Source of the DNA: Felis catus | Taxonomy: Eukaryota | Reading direction: 5' to 3' | DNA: 64,000 nucleotides | Assembly: GCF_018350175.1 (NCBI RefSeq) | Contig: NC_058368.1 | Coordinates: forward strand, 129,210,001-129,274,000 | Shown here: in pieces, positions 12,071 through 23,739 of the stretch | Numbering within the stretch: position 1 is the first letter of the stretch | Layout of the letters: every line of letters starts with the position of its first letter | Made by a program: the position numbers and the translations under genes | The notes under the pieces: generated by a model | Databases searched by the model: none | The model's input: only the letters and a program-made list of their open reading frames with translations | Told to the model about the DNA's origin: nothing

Positions 12071-13195
12071 TTGGCCAACGTCTCCTCGGTACGTACCAGG
12101 AGACAGGACACTCCTAAATAGAAATGAAATGTAAAGCTGGCAATAGCTTTGGAGGTTCATTTGGTCCAGCCTCTGTGTTCTTACAGAGGGGGAAACCGAG
12201 GGCCCATGAGGTTCAGGGATCAGGTCTCGGGAGCCGGGATCTAATGTGAGTAATTCACTCGGCAGTTCTAGAAACACTGGGGGACTCAAAAGTGGCTGGC
12301 TGTGCCTAGTGATATTCTGGCAATTTTCCTAGCGTTGTTTAGCAAGTAAATTTCTTTGAAGCAAAGTTCCTTTTATCCAAGAAGCAATGTGACCTCAAAT
12401 CTTGTTTTCATAAAACATCTCTGACGTTAGCTGCATGAGGCAAAAGCCCTGAAGGTGTCTGTGCTGCCCTTGTGCTCCCTGAATCTGATGCTGTCTCTGG
12501 CATTGACTTAGGAACTGTTTCTACTGTGAATAACAGTCAAGCATCCGGTCGTGGGGGGCCCAGAGTCCAGGTGAGCTGGGCATGCTGGGGGCACAGATGA
12601 GAGGAGAGAGGCTCTTTCATCAATTTCCAGGGGGCTCAGGGGGCACCTGAAGTATCTTTGTCTGCAGAGGTCCTCGGCCCACCCAGCCATGCTGCTGTCA
12701 CAAAGAACAGAGTGTTTCGGGCCATGTGACCATAGGGGAAGCTGCCCAGGCCTCCGAGGGGGCTGCCAGCTTCTGAGCTGTTGATTCCATGACTCTGGGA
12801 CCCAGAGCTGCAGAGAAAGGGCAGCATTCTTCCTGTGGAGGCTTGGTCCAAATGGCCCCATGGCTTTCTTTTCTCTGGGATCAGCAGGCTACTGTTGGGA
12901 GGGACAATCGAGGTTGTTGTCCTGGCCTGGCCCAGAAGCACCGCTGGCAGAGGCAGGGCTGGCTTCCTGGACCATCCTTGCCGCACCTGCCCTCCTGATT
13001 GCGTGCTTGTGGGCCAGTGCCTACGGGGGCTCTGTTCTTTCCCGTCTCCTGGCCGCTGATGCCTGGGACAGCATATCTCCCCCTGCCCAACCCAGATGGC
13101 CCAGGGGCCAGTTAAGTGGGCTTCCCCTTCTCCCATGCAGCCAACATATTTTACTTCTCCTCCTAGATACATTAGAATTAAGATGGAGATACTCT

Positions 13196-13437
13196 GGGGC
13201 GCCTGGGTGGCGCAGTCGGTTAAGCGTCCGACTTCAGCCAGGTCACGATCTCACGGTCTGTGAGTTCGAGCCCCGCGTCGGGCTCTGGGCTGATGGCTCA
13301 GAGCCTAGAGCCTGTTTCCCATTCTGTGTCTCCCTCTCTCTCTGCCCCTCCCCCGTTCATGCTCTGTCTCTCTCTGTCCCAAAAATAAATAAACGTTGAA
13401 AAAAAAAAAATTTTAAAAAAAATAAAAAAAATAAAAA
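13196..13437 (+). mobile_element. Young SINEC_Fc (CAN-SINE)
   Basis: ggggcgcctgggtggcgcagtcggttaagcgtccgacttcagccaggtcacgatc..(CT)n, A tail; perfect 16-bp TSD aagatggagatactct (13180-13195 / 13438-13453). Confidence 0.98.
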
Positions 13438-13912
13438 AAGATGGAGATACTCTAGGAAGGCAGTTTAGTGCTAAATTAGAGGACACTCATTTGTCTTTCT
13501 TTTCTAGAATAGTGCAGTTAGTAAGGGGTTAACATGTCAATATTTTCCTCTTCCATCCTTGTGGCTTAAGTGATAAAGGAGACAATTTGCTGTCATGGGG
13601 GGAAGATCTCGTTATCTCTTGTCTCTCATGGATGCTTTTTTTAAACCCTCAATCATGTCTGTTTTGAGAGGTCCAGGCATGGCCTGGACAAACTCTACTC
13701 TTGGTATTGGGGCAAATGCTTTCTCATGTTGTAAGTAGGAGATCTCAGGCCTGGGTTTGGTTATTGGAGGAGAAATATATACAGATAGGATACCGTGATC
13801 ACTTTGGTTCAAGGCACTTCAGCTTACTGGGTGTTTGGTCAAAGGATGGAGGGATTCCTAAATCCTGCCCTAGACCAACAACCCTTCCCTTCAAATGATT
13901 TCTCTTATCATC

Positions 13913-14451
13913 TGCATCAGTCAGTGTCTAGTAGGAAACAGATGACTTATATGGAAGCTCTGGATTAGACCCTTCTCTGTGAGATGGCATACTCAAACTG
14001 AGTAATTTCAGGAGATTTTAATAAATGGGTGTCATATGAAACGGTTGGCAGGGTATAGGAAAACCAGTGAGGAATGGTTCAGTATTCTGGAGCTAGCAGG
14101 TACAGGAAGCCATGACACTCCTGGGCCGCCAAGAGGAGGGCACACTCAGTATATACCAGAGAGAGCTGTCATTCTAAGAAACGGCCTCCTGTCCACAGGC
14201 TTTTGCCTGTGGAAGATAGAATCAGTCAAACAAGTGCAGTCTGGTCGTGGGAGATCCAGAGTAATCAGTCTCACCCTCTTCTCACATGCCCATTGGCCTG
14301 TTCCGTCCACTGACCAACTAGAAACCGGGGAGAGAGAGCATGTTGATGGAGTCTGTCCATACACCCATTGGAATAAACTTCCTGAGGCACAGAGCAGGGT
14401 GAGAAGGGTGGCAGGTGGATTTGTAGGGGTAAATGGAAATTACCCAGCACG
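13913..14451. mobile_element. LTR33-like ERVL solo LTR
   Basis: tgcatcagtcagtgtctagtaggaaacagatg..gatggcatactcaaactgagtaatttcaggag..ggatttgtaggggtaaatggaaattacccagcac. Confidence 0.75.
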
Positions 14452-14597
14452 ACATCTTATGTCACCTGTATTCTACCATATCTTTCCCTCCTGATACATA
14501 CATATATATTTCCCAAATGGTCTCCATGTCTGTGTTTTGTGCCTTCTGTTCCCTTTTCATAGTTGTGACTTCTCACCCTCATTTTATTCGTCTGGCA

Positions 14598-14809
14598 TTT
14601 TTTTTTAATGTTTATTTATTTTTGAGAGATAGAAAGACAAAGCACAAGCAGGGGAGGGGCAGACAGAGAGGGAGACACAGAATATAAAGCAGGTTCCAGG
14701 CTCCGAGCTGTCAGCACAGAGCCCAACATGGGGCTTGAACTCACGAACCATGAGATCATGACCTGAGCTGAAGTCGGACGTTTAACCGACTGAGACACTG
14801 AGGTGCCCC
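14598..14809 (-). mobile_element. CAN-SINE (SINEC_Fc family)
   Basis: T tail..gagctgtcagcacagagccc..gagatcatgacctgagctgaagtcggacg..ggtgcccc. Confidence 0.95.
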
Positions 14810-14914
14810 ATGTCTTGCAATATTTTTTAAAATACTATTTATATTTTATCATTTTATTAAACACAGAAAAAGACTGTTATAGCTTTCAAAAATATCAGAA
14901 TTCAGCTTCTAATG

Positions 14915-15070
14915 GAATGGTTCTCAACTGAATGATTTGGCTCTTCCCCAGGAAATATTTGGCACTCCGAAGACATATTTGGTTGTCACAACTCAGGGTG
15001 GGGTGCTACTGGCACTTAGTGGACAGAGGCCAGGATTTCTCTAAGTGGAGAAATCCTGCTCTAAGGAAGA
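14915..15070 (+). mobile_element. MER20 (hAT-Charlie MITE)
   Basis: tggttctcaact..catatttggttgtcacaactcagggtggggtgctactggcacttagtggacagaggccaggat. Confidence 0.85.
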
Positions 15071-15884
15071 TTTTTTGGCTCTGCTAATGCTGATCAGAGA
15101 GCAGGTGAAAAAGAGAGAAGGATTTTTGTATGTTTTTGTTTGTTTGGGTTTGCTTGTTTTGACTGGGTGGGAGGATTCTATCACAGAGAAAGTTTCCACA
15201 TTGTCCTTGGGGAGGATGTCCCCTGTTGGGGCCCAGCTGGGCTCTTGGGCTCACTCTCTGACCATCTTGGGAATTAGCAGGACTGTAAGATCAAGCATCT
15301 AAGAAGCAGTATTGAGAGCTTCAAGGGGGAAAATCTCAGACCACGTAGAGATGACCCTCTGAGTTTCCCTGCTCTGTGTGGCTGCTGGAAGCGGTACAGC
15401 CAACTCCAAAGAGCTATTTCAAGATGGTTCAGCCAGACCCAAAGGTCTGGTAGAGTTCTTGCCTTTCCCAGGCTTTGGGGTTCTCTTCTTTTCAGCTCAA
15501 AGCTCTTAGAATGTTAATAAGTAGGGACTTACAAAGTCCTGAAATAGTTTGCAGGACACAAAGGAAATGTCCCAGCTCAAAAAGTAAACAAATATAGTCA
15601 GCTGTCCTTTGTTAACTTGCTGTTTAAACCTGGTATTCGCTTCTTTTTTCTCTTCCTTCTTTTCTCTTATTTCCCATTTTCAGGTCACTTCCCTGCCGGT
15701 TTGTGCATATGGTGGAGAGGAGGGGCAGGCAGAGAAAACTCTATCAGCTTCTTTGGGCAAGCTGTTAACAGACTCCATGAAAAGATGAGGAAGTAATGAC
15801 TACATTGCCTTTAAAAATCAGGAGTAACCATTAACTGTGCTATTCTCCCCTCCGTCACCAACTCTTAACTTGGCTTTATTACAG

Positions 15885-16235
15885 CTTAAGTTATTTTAAT
15901 ATTTATTGTATTTTGTTTGTTTTGTAACAAGCAATTTATTAAAATTTGTTTTTTTAAAAACAAAATGACAAAGGATTTAGACAAACAGGGGACAGTCTCT
16001 TCCCCACCCCCCTCCAGTCATCCCCCAAAGGCAATATCCATCCAGAGATATTCTATGACTATAACAAACAAATATGTATATACATGTTTCTTTTATCTTT
16101 TCACCCCATACAAATAGTATTATATTTATTTTTTACTCAGAAAATTATCTTGGAAATCCTTTCATATCAATAAAGAACTTTCTTTCTTTCTTTTGTTTTT
16201 TTTTTAATGGTCCCATGGTATCACGGAGAAACCTT
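15885..16235 (-). mobile_element. L1ME-like 3' fragment
   Basis: T-rich start, cccaaaggcaat..tccagagatattctatg..tatcttggaaatcctttcatatcaat. Confidence 0.55.
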
Positions 16236-16968
16236 ACTATATTTGGCCAAAAGTGACTTGTTTTTGAAAAGGCTTCTGAATGTTTCAAACCAGAAAGAAC
16301 GCTCAACTAAAAAACAAAAACAACACAACACTTGTTTTGAAAGTTTAAGCATGAAAGGCTACTTCTATCATCTTGAAAAGCTTTCATTCTTTCATCTTAT
16401 TGAGATTTTTAGATTTTTGTTGTTGTTGTTGTTGTTCTACATTTGCCCCTTAACTTAAAACCTCTATCAAACAGCTGCTCAGAACCAAAAAGGGCGCCCC
16501 AGGTTTTTGACATTGCTTGTGATTTAAACCGTGTCTGGTTTTTTTGTTTGTTTGTTTTCTTTTTAATTACTGCACATTTCTACGGAAAGCCAGCCTGACC
16601 CAGTGCAATGCTATTAGCACCAGAAAAGCCTGTCTTGGCTTGGGACAAGACAGGGTGCCTCTCTGTTCTCCCGTTTTCCCATTAAAAAAAAAAAAAATCT
16701 TGTTAGCATCCTGGAGCCTTCCAGCTTTGAAGCTTTGTGCGGGGGCAGGACTACCTCAGATTCAGAAGTTAGAGTCTATTTACCTCTACTGTATTTCTGT
16801 GGTACGGCCAGGACCTGTGTATTTTAAGTAACAACGGAGTTTGCTGCATTTGGAAGCCAAAGAGAGGGCAGGCGGAAGAGTCGGCCGGGTGTACTGCGTT
16901 CTGGGGCTCCGGGGCTTTTGAAACCCTTTCCAGTGTTGTCACTTGAATGTCGAACACGTTATTCTCAG

Positions 16969-17305
16969 TGGACACTAAAGAGAAGTACAGGTACCTTGGG
17001 CTCCAGGGGGATTCATTATTCAAGGCACAAAATTTCCTACTCTGGCCTGCAACACATTATAATTCAAATGAGCCCAGCACAATAGAAGAAAAATATGCAA
17101 GCAGATTTCTCTCTGTCGTGTTTTTTCCCTTCTCTCTGAAGCCCTGTAATTACTGCAGGCAGGTGGAGCATCTGGGGTGTGGGGGAGTCCACTGTATTTT
17201 TACCTTCCCAGGAACGCGACTTGCCTACCGCATCAATAGATTTTATTTTTAATTAAGCGCTTATTGCAAAATCTAAGTCCCTGCGCGAAAGCCTTATTCA
17301 CAACT
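16969..17305. promoter_or_regulatory. Candidate conserved enhancer, copy 2 of a locally duplicated pair, abutting the CpG island
   Basis: Homologous blocks to 4090-4400 in the same order and orientation. Confidence 0.6.
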
Positions 17306-17399
17306 TTTTTTTTCTTTTGCTGCCGTTCCCTGAGATAGATGCTGCTATTACTGTCTCAAATTTCCTTTCTTAAAATGTGCTGTTTTAGTAAATTAGTTC

Positions 17400-18270
17400 T
17401 GTCCTTCCGTGAGCTCGGCAGCCCCGCGGAGGCCGGCCTGCGGGGCCTTGGCCTCATTTTCCCCCTCCGCAGTCCCGGGTCACTTTCTCCGTGCGCCCAG
17501 CAGCGCCACGTGCCGGGAGCGCGCGGTCCAGGCGCGGGAGTCCGTTCCCCTTCCCCTGTGTACCCCCTGTCGTGCCGGGGTGGGCTCGGCGCTGCGCTTC
17601 TGAGAGACCTCCAGTCCTGGGGTGGGGTGGCAGAGGCCACCAGACTAAGCGACCTCGGCCCCCGCAACGCCGGGGCTTCGGGAGCTCAGGTGCAGGAGGA
17701 GAGGGAGGCGGGATCCGAGACTCCTAGGTTGGTTAACGGAGGGGGGTGGGGGGGTTGCGAGGAAGCCGTCTTGGTGATGGCGCGCGGGGCCGGGAGGGAA
17801 TGCGGGAGGACCGTACAGGCGCCCGGGCTGCCGCGGGAGGGTCCTCGCCCCTCTCTGCAGACACCGGCCACCGAGCAAGCCGAGCCCGAGCAGCCCCAGG
17901 GCCTCGGCGGAGCGTGGCTTTTCCGATCCTGGAAGTCGGCGGCTTTCGGAGGGGCGGGAACTCGCGTCCCGGGACGACCTCGCCCAGAGACCCGTGACCG
18001 ACGTGCTGGCGGGAAGGGAGCTCCCGGGGTTCGGGAGGGGAAATGTCTAGGGGTTGGCCAGGCCTCTGCGGGGTCCCTGGGAGCCGGCTGCCGGGGCAGG
18101 GTGCGCCCCCCCCCCCCCCGTTTCCTGGCTCAATGAACCCAGGTCCCCTTCTATGGGATCCAGTAACTGGATGCAAACGGGTTTCCAGCAATCCGCAGGG
18201 CCCTGCCTAAGCCCGCCGGCCTGGCTAGGGTGGCTCCAGGCCACCGCACAGGCACCAGGCAGCGTGGCCG
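17400..18270. promoter_or_regulatory. CpG island (promoter- or enhancer-associated; no linked coding exon recognised)
   Basis: About 870 bp of very high GC with dense CpG (cgcgg, gcgcgcgg); GC box ggggcggg ~17951; E-box cacgtg ~17507. Confidence 0.9.
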
Positions 18271-18665
18271 TTAGCTGTCATTTCTGCCTCCCAGGGACAA
18301 TTTGAAGCGTGGGCACGGTTGGCCAGAGACAGTGGAGGGAGATTGAGAAGTAGCAGCCAAAAGGCTGGTGAGTCTGTCAGCACTTGCAGAGAGAGAGGCA
18401 GTCCCCTTCAGTCACCAGTGAATCTTAATCAAGGGCAGGAGAGTCAAAAGGGAGAGTCCAAGGGAGAGAAACCTATCTCAGGAAAACATTCACATGTGGT
18501 CAAAAGAGGGGCCCAGCCTGGAATGAGTGCGGTGTCCTTACTGCCCCATGGAGCTTCCCTGGGTGCAGACCGTATCTGTCCTCACCTTGTTTCTTTGGTA
18601 TCCTCTACAGGGCAAGGGCCCATGCTGGGGGCTCATATCTCTCTCAAGAAGGGTGCAGAGAGGCA

Positions 18666-18697
18666 GTGTGTGTGTGTGTGTGTGTATGTGTGTGTGC
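18666..18697. repeat. (TG)n microsatellite
   Basis: Seen directly. Confidence 0.9.
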
Positions 18698-18869
18698 ACG
18701 TGCGCTCGTGCTCCTGCTGGTTGGACCAGCAAGGTGCCTAGAGGGCCAGACATTCCCATTTCCCTCTCAGGAGAGTGTGGGTCACTTCCATGCCTCAGTC
18801 CAACCCTTTCATTATTGGTCACCAGAGACTAGGACTGGGGCTCTTTGAGTCCTCTTTTACCTCTCCCAT

Positions 18870-19850
18870 TGTATTTTTCATTCTCATCACAGAAGAGGTA
18901 CATGTTTATTGAACTAATGAAAAATTAATTGTACTGATGAAGAATTAATGAAAAATGCAAACATGCAAAAGGAAGAAAATAAAAACCCCAAATACTCCCA
19001 ATACCTAGAGACAAACCTTACTTGTGTATCCTGAGTGCAAACACAGTTATTATGAGGGACAAGTGACTTTTTATTTTCTGAACAAAATATTGCAAATATC
19101 TTTCCACGTGAGCATCCCTACAGTGAATATAGTTCAATAAACAGACTCTCTCCTTAATGACTACACAGTGCTTCCCCTGTAGGGATGTGGTGTGATATTT
19201 TCAACCATTCCTTTGCTAGTCTTTTAGGGTGTTGTAGCAGTTTTTATTTCTGTCCACACCATTCCTGGGTCATTCTCCTGCTGGGTCACTATGCGTGTCC
19301 TTAATTGTTTCCTTAGGATCTACTCCTCAAAACAGCTGGGTTAACTGTTCCGTGTTTTAGAAAAGTTTTACTACATTTCGTCAAATTGCCCTTTAGAAAG
19401 GTTATGTCAATTCATAATCCCACCTGCAGAGAGTGTAAAACCTGTTGCCGGAATTCATTGTCATCAGTCATGAATATTAGTCGTCTTCTTTTTATTCTTC
19501 TGTGTTTGCTCATTTTTAAATGGGAGTGTTCATCTTTTTCTTACTTGTTTGTAAAATTGCTTTGTATATTCTCTTTATTAACTCTTTGTCATATGCTTTG
19601 CAACTTTCCCCAATTTGTTAATTGCCTTTCACATTTAAATTTACATTTAAAATTTTTGTGTGGTTGAAATTCTTAATAGGTTAATGTATGGCTTCTGCCT
19701 TTGGCGTCCTTCTATGAAGTCCTTCTCTATCTCCGAATCTTCTAACCGTTCACCTACAAATGTTTCCAGTATTCCCATTGTTCCATTAAAATTTTTAATT
19801 AGTATGGAATTAATTTGGGTATATGGTATAAAATAGGAACCCGAGTTTAC
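18870..19850 (-). mobile_element. L1ME-like 3' fragment
   Basis: gtacatgtttattg..ggaagaaaataaaaaccc..atacctagagaca..aaattgccctttagaaaggttatgtcaatt..atggcttctgcc..aatttgggtatatggtataaaatagg. Confidence 0.7.
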
Positions 19851-20054
19851 CCTGCCCCACTACCTTGTGCCTTTGTTGGTTCCAAATCCTTTTGACTCTG
19901 GCAGACACTACAGCCGATTCCTAAACGAGCAGAGCTGGAAGGGAAAATCTGGTGGCAGAGACCTTGCTCCAGGAAGTGCAGAGGCTTGAGGTGAGGGATT
20001 AGGAAACTTCCAAAGATAGGACCAGGACTCATTTTGTAGACACATCTGACTGGA

Positions 20055-20235
20055 ATCACATAGATTTGGGTGAAATCCAGTTTCTGCCACTTGCATCCTA
20101 TTGGTCCTGGAGCAAGTACTTTAACGTATTGGAACTTCAGGTTTGTATTTGTAAAATGGGTATACAAATTCCAAGTCCTGCCTCTGAGGATGGATGTGAG
20201 GATAACATGATATGTTTGGTACATAGCAAGCAAGC
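20055..20235 (+). mobile_element. MIR SINE
   Basis: gggtgaaatccagtttctgccactt..caagtactttaac..cttcaggtttgtatttgtaaaatggg..gtgaggataa. Confidence 0.75.
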
Positions 20236-21088
20236 AACATTATTATTGGTAGGGGGTGAAGTGAGGATGAAGAAGGTGTATGCAACTGTTAAAAACAAAC
20301 ATAGAATACCCATAATTGTAGAAAAAAGGTGATGAATCCAAGCAATAGGGGGCTTTTCCATGGGGAAACAAGGACTTTATTCCTATAGCTGGGGTCAGCT
20401 GGAGTCTGGACTTAAAACGAACTCAGACTTTTCAAAGGTCTCCAGTAACATTCCTGTTCTCCATCCTGTTCCAAGGCTTTCTGATGGACCTGCCTGGGTT
20501 GAAGAGAATTGGTGGAATGAGCCGGCATTGGGAGAGCTCACAGGATAGAGAGCACAGGGGCCCAGGGCTCTAAGTGGGCAGCCGTCTCCCTCCTGGCTCT
20601 CCCCCAGCTGAGGATTGCTACAAAGAGAAATAGTCACTGGACAGGAGCCAGGGGTACCAGTCAGCTTAACCAAAGGAATCAATGAACGCTGTGTTTTCCC
20701 TCTGCAAATGAGGAAAATGACATGGTGAGAAGACATATGCCTTGTCCAGAATCACAAATCCCAGAGGCAGAGAAAGCATAGAGAAACGCTGCCTCAGAAG
20801 GAGCCATTTCCCATCCCAAGGATGCCAGAGCCTGGCCTTGAGTAACAAAGGGGATGGGAATGCTGCCTTTGAGCTCCCCGGCAGTGGAGGCCCAACATAT
20901 TTTTATGAGGCATGGACAATGAGTAGCCATTCAAAAGGCCAAAGCTGCCTCTTCTTAGTAAAAGGCAAATATTTTAGGAATCCCTTGTTACTAGGCAAAT
21001 GGCTGATTGCTTTTTAGGGGAGTGAGACCCAGCTTGATGCTGTCTTTAGGGCTTTAAGCTTTGATTCTGAATTTTGCTCTGGTGAAAG

Positions 21089-21670
21089 ACTGGTTCTCAA
21101 TCTGGCTGCGCTTTGGAATTAGCTGTGGAGTTCTTAAAAATACAGATGCCCAGGCTCCACTTCCAGAAGGCTGGATTAAACTGGCCTACGGTAGGACTGA
21201 GTTGTCAGTGTTGACAAAAAGTTCCTTGCTGATTCTAATATGTAGTTTAGAATTGAGAGGAAGCCCCCTTTTGGGTCGCTGTATTCTCTCTCTTCTGAGT
21301 TGGTGAGAACTAGGTTATAAGACAGAACTATTCTAGCAAGATGTTTCTCGAACTCTAAGGAATTATCTGGGGATCTTGTTAAAACACAGGTTGTGATTTA
21401 GGATGTCTGGGGTGGGACCTAACGTTCTGCATTTCTAACAAACTACTGATGCTGCTCATGCAGCTGTTTTCAAGACCACCTCTGAGTACCGTCAGTCTAG
21501 ATGTGTTCCTCACATTTCAAAGAGCATAACAATGACCCTGCTAAGCCTCTTGAAAAGGCAGATTCCTGGACTGATTCAGAGTGTTGGGGATGGAGTCCAG
21601 CAATCTGCATTTTTCAATGAGTCCTATCTATGCACTCGATAGTTCAAAGGCCACACTTAGAGAATGCAGT
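21089..21670. mobile_element. Three adjacent MER5A/MER5B MITEs (~21089-21260, ~21337-21492, ~21502-21670)
   Basis: tggttctcaatctggctgc..ttaaaaatacagatgcccaggctcc; atctggggatcttgttaaaacacag..tctgcatttctaacaa; aaaggcagattcctgg..atctgcattttt..ccacacttagagaa. Confidence 0.8.
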
Positions 21671-23739
21671 CAGCCTGACTATGGTTTCCGCAGACATTTG
21701 TCTTTTTAGCACATCCTGCAGTCAACACTTGGCTGGAAGATCTTGAGTCAGTTGGCTGGGAGGTGAAGCTGAGCAGAGAGCCCCCGGTGCATGGCTCCTG
21801 GGCCTGAACTGCAGCTCACTGCCTCTTAGATGCCTTCATGTGTAGGCCAAATCCCATTATCACAGGAGAGTTACAAGTCCTTGCACTTCCTTGGAATAAA
21901 GGAGCCATCTGTTTAGGTTTGGGTTTTGATTGTAAAGTTATTTGACCTGCTCCTCCACCCCCTGCCCGCCCCCCTTGGAACTGTGACTAATGCGTCAAGA
22001 GTCAGAGCAGAGATTCTGGGAGAATGAAAGGCAGAAGGCTTTAAAGATGGCTTCCGCCGGAGGAAAACCTCAAGCAGGCAAGTGAAAGATGGTATAAAAA
22101 ACCAATGCTACATCGAGGTCTTGAAGACATCAAATAAGAAGTCTCCACCCAATTAATGTGCTTTTTTTTGTCCCCCCCTTCACTGAGCCGACCTGTGAGG
22201 TAGGATAAACCCAGGGCCTGGAATGAGGGTCTGAAAAAAGTTGACACATCTCCCCTCTTCTCTTGTTTGGCTACCGTTAGGCCTGCCATTCTCCGAGTAC
22301 TCATTATTCAGCTTGTGGATGATTCTGGGCCTTCATTTTTTGCCCTCTTCTTCTCTCTTATTTCTCCTTGTTTGGGCCATTTCACTGCTTATTAGCAGTT
22401 CCACTAGGGGTGGAATGGAAATGAACCCCGTATGAGACAGGATAACATCTGCGAGTAGGTCTGCTTAGAGGTTTGTTGAGGAGAAAGAGAATTAATTATT
22501 ATTGCAGGTCTTACGGAATTCACCTCAATGTGCTGTCTAGATCCACTTTAATGTGGCAACTTTGAGCCTTATAATAAGAACATAGTTCCACCACTATCAG
22601 CAATAATTTGCTGGAAAAATTATTACTTGAAAAATGCTTACTTCTTTTACTTATTCAAATGTACTTATTACTTTATATGCTTCTTATTCTCTTGGTTGTC
22701 TGGTAAAACTGTTGTAGACGGGGGACACGAATTTACTACCCTCTATGTGTGACTTTCATATTTAAGGAAGGTTTTTTTCATCTATTTCTTCTAGCTAGTT
22801 ACAATATATTAGGTAACAAAGCATACCTCCTATTCCCATTACTTGGTATAATAAATATCTTGGTGAAATTTCTTACAGGGTTTGATTACTCAGTCAAAAC
22901 CTAAGTATCCTGTTGGGAGAAGAACAATCATTTTAGTGATACTGTTCTATGCTTTGGTTGAATTGAATAGTTACTAATCCAGCCAGAGAAGAAAGAGGCA
23001 GGTAATTGGAATTGAGCAAACACACTGAGCCCCTCAAAAAAAGACTCACGAGAAGTGTAAAATTTCTCATCAAACATCTATCCGTCTATTTTCTCCTTAC
23101 TTACAATAGTCATTGCAACGGTAGGAAATAACTCTAGGGGCCTGGTCTACATTAGGAGAAAACTGCTATTTCTCATTCAAGTGATCTGGAAATGAGTTTA
23201 AACAGACACAATCTGCCAGTGGTCAATGTTAGGTCAGTGACTCTAATAGCCAATTCAAAATTTCTTTTTAAGAAAATGCCATACCCCCATCCACCACTTT
23301 ACTTCTCACTGTGTAACACTCTAAGATTTGCTTAGATTGTCCGAGGGTAGAAAACAGGGAGGTAGTCTGGCCACTTTTCATGTAACTTGCATAAATTAAT
23401 AGCAACCTTTTTCTCTCATTCATCTATATAAGCCAACTACCAGACCATTTCTCCAGTCGTGGTAAGAAGGGTTAAAGAAACGGGACTTACTGTCTTGGTT
23501 GTGGTATGGTCAAGATCCTCTTGAAAGGATGCTTCATGACAGTTCTCTGATTCTCCTCAGGGCTGTATCTCTGGTGCATAGCACTGTGCTTTGTTCTGGG
23601 TCGGCATGTAGATGGGCAGTCTGGGTTTAAACCGTATCAGACAACCAATGAGTTTTTAATTTATGGATTTTTAGAGTTAGAAGGGACCTTTGAGAGAATA
23701 GAGCTCACTATAAATTTCCTATCCATCTACAATTTCTTT

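Noticed and set aside
13196..13280. tRNA-like A/B boxes
   Set aside because: tRNA-derived head of a CAN-SINE, not a tRNA gene.
12860..13399. 179-aa ORF and similar ORFs ending GAPGWRSRLSVRLQPGHDL or MAQSVKRPTSAQVMIS
   Set aside because: Translations of CAN-SINE sequence.
17339..18136. 265-aa ORF, the longest in the track
   Set aside because: Lies in the CpG island where stops are rare and long ORFs overlap on both strands; G/A/R/P-rich with no recognisable domain.
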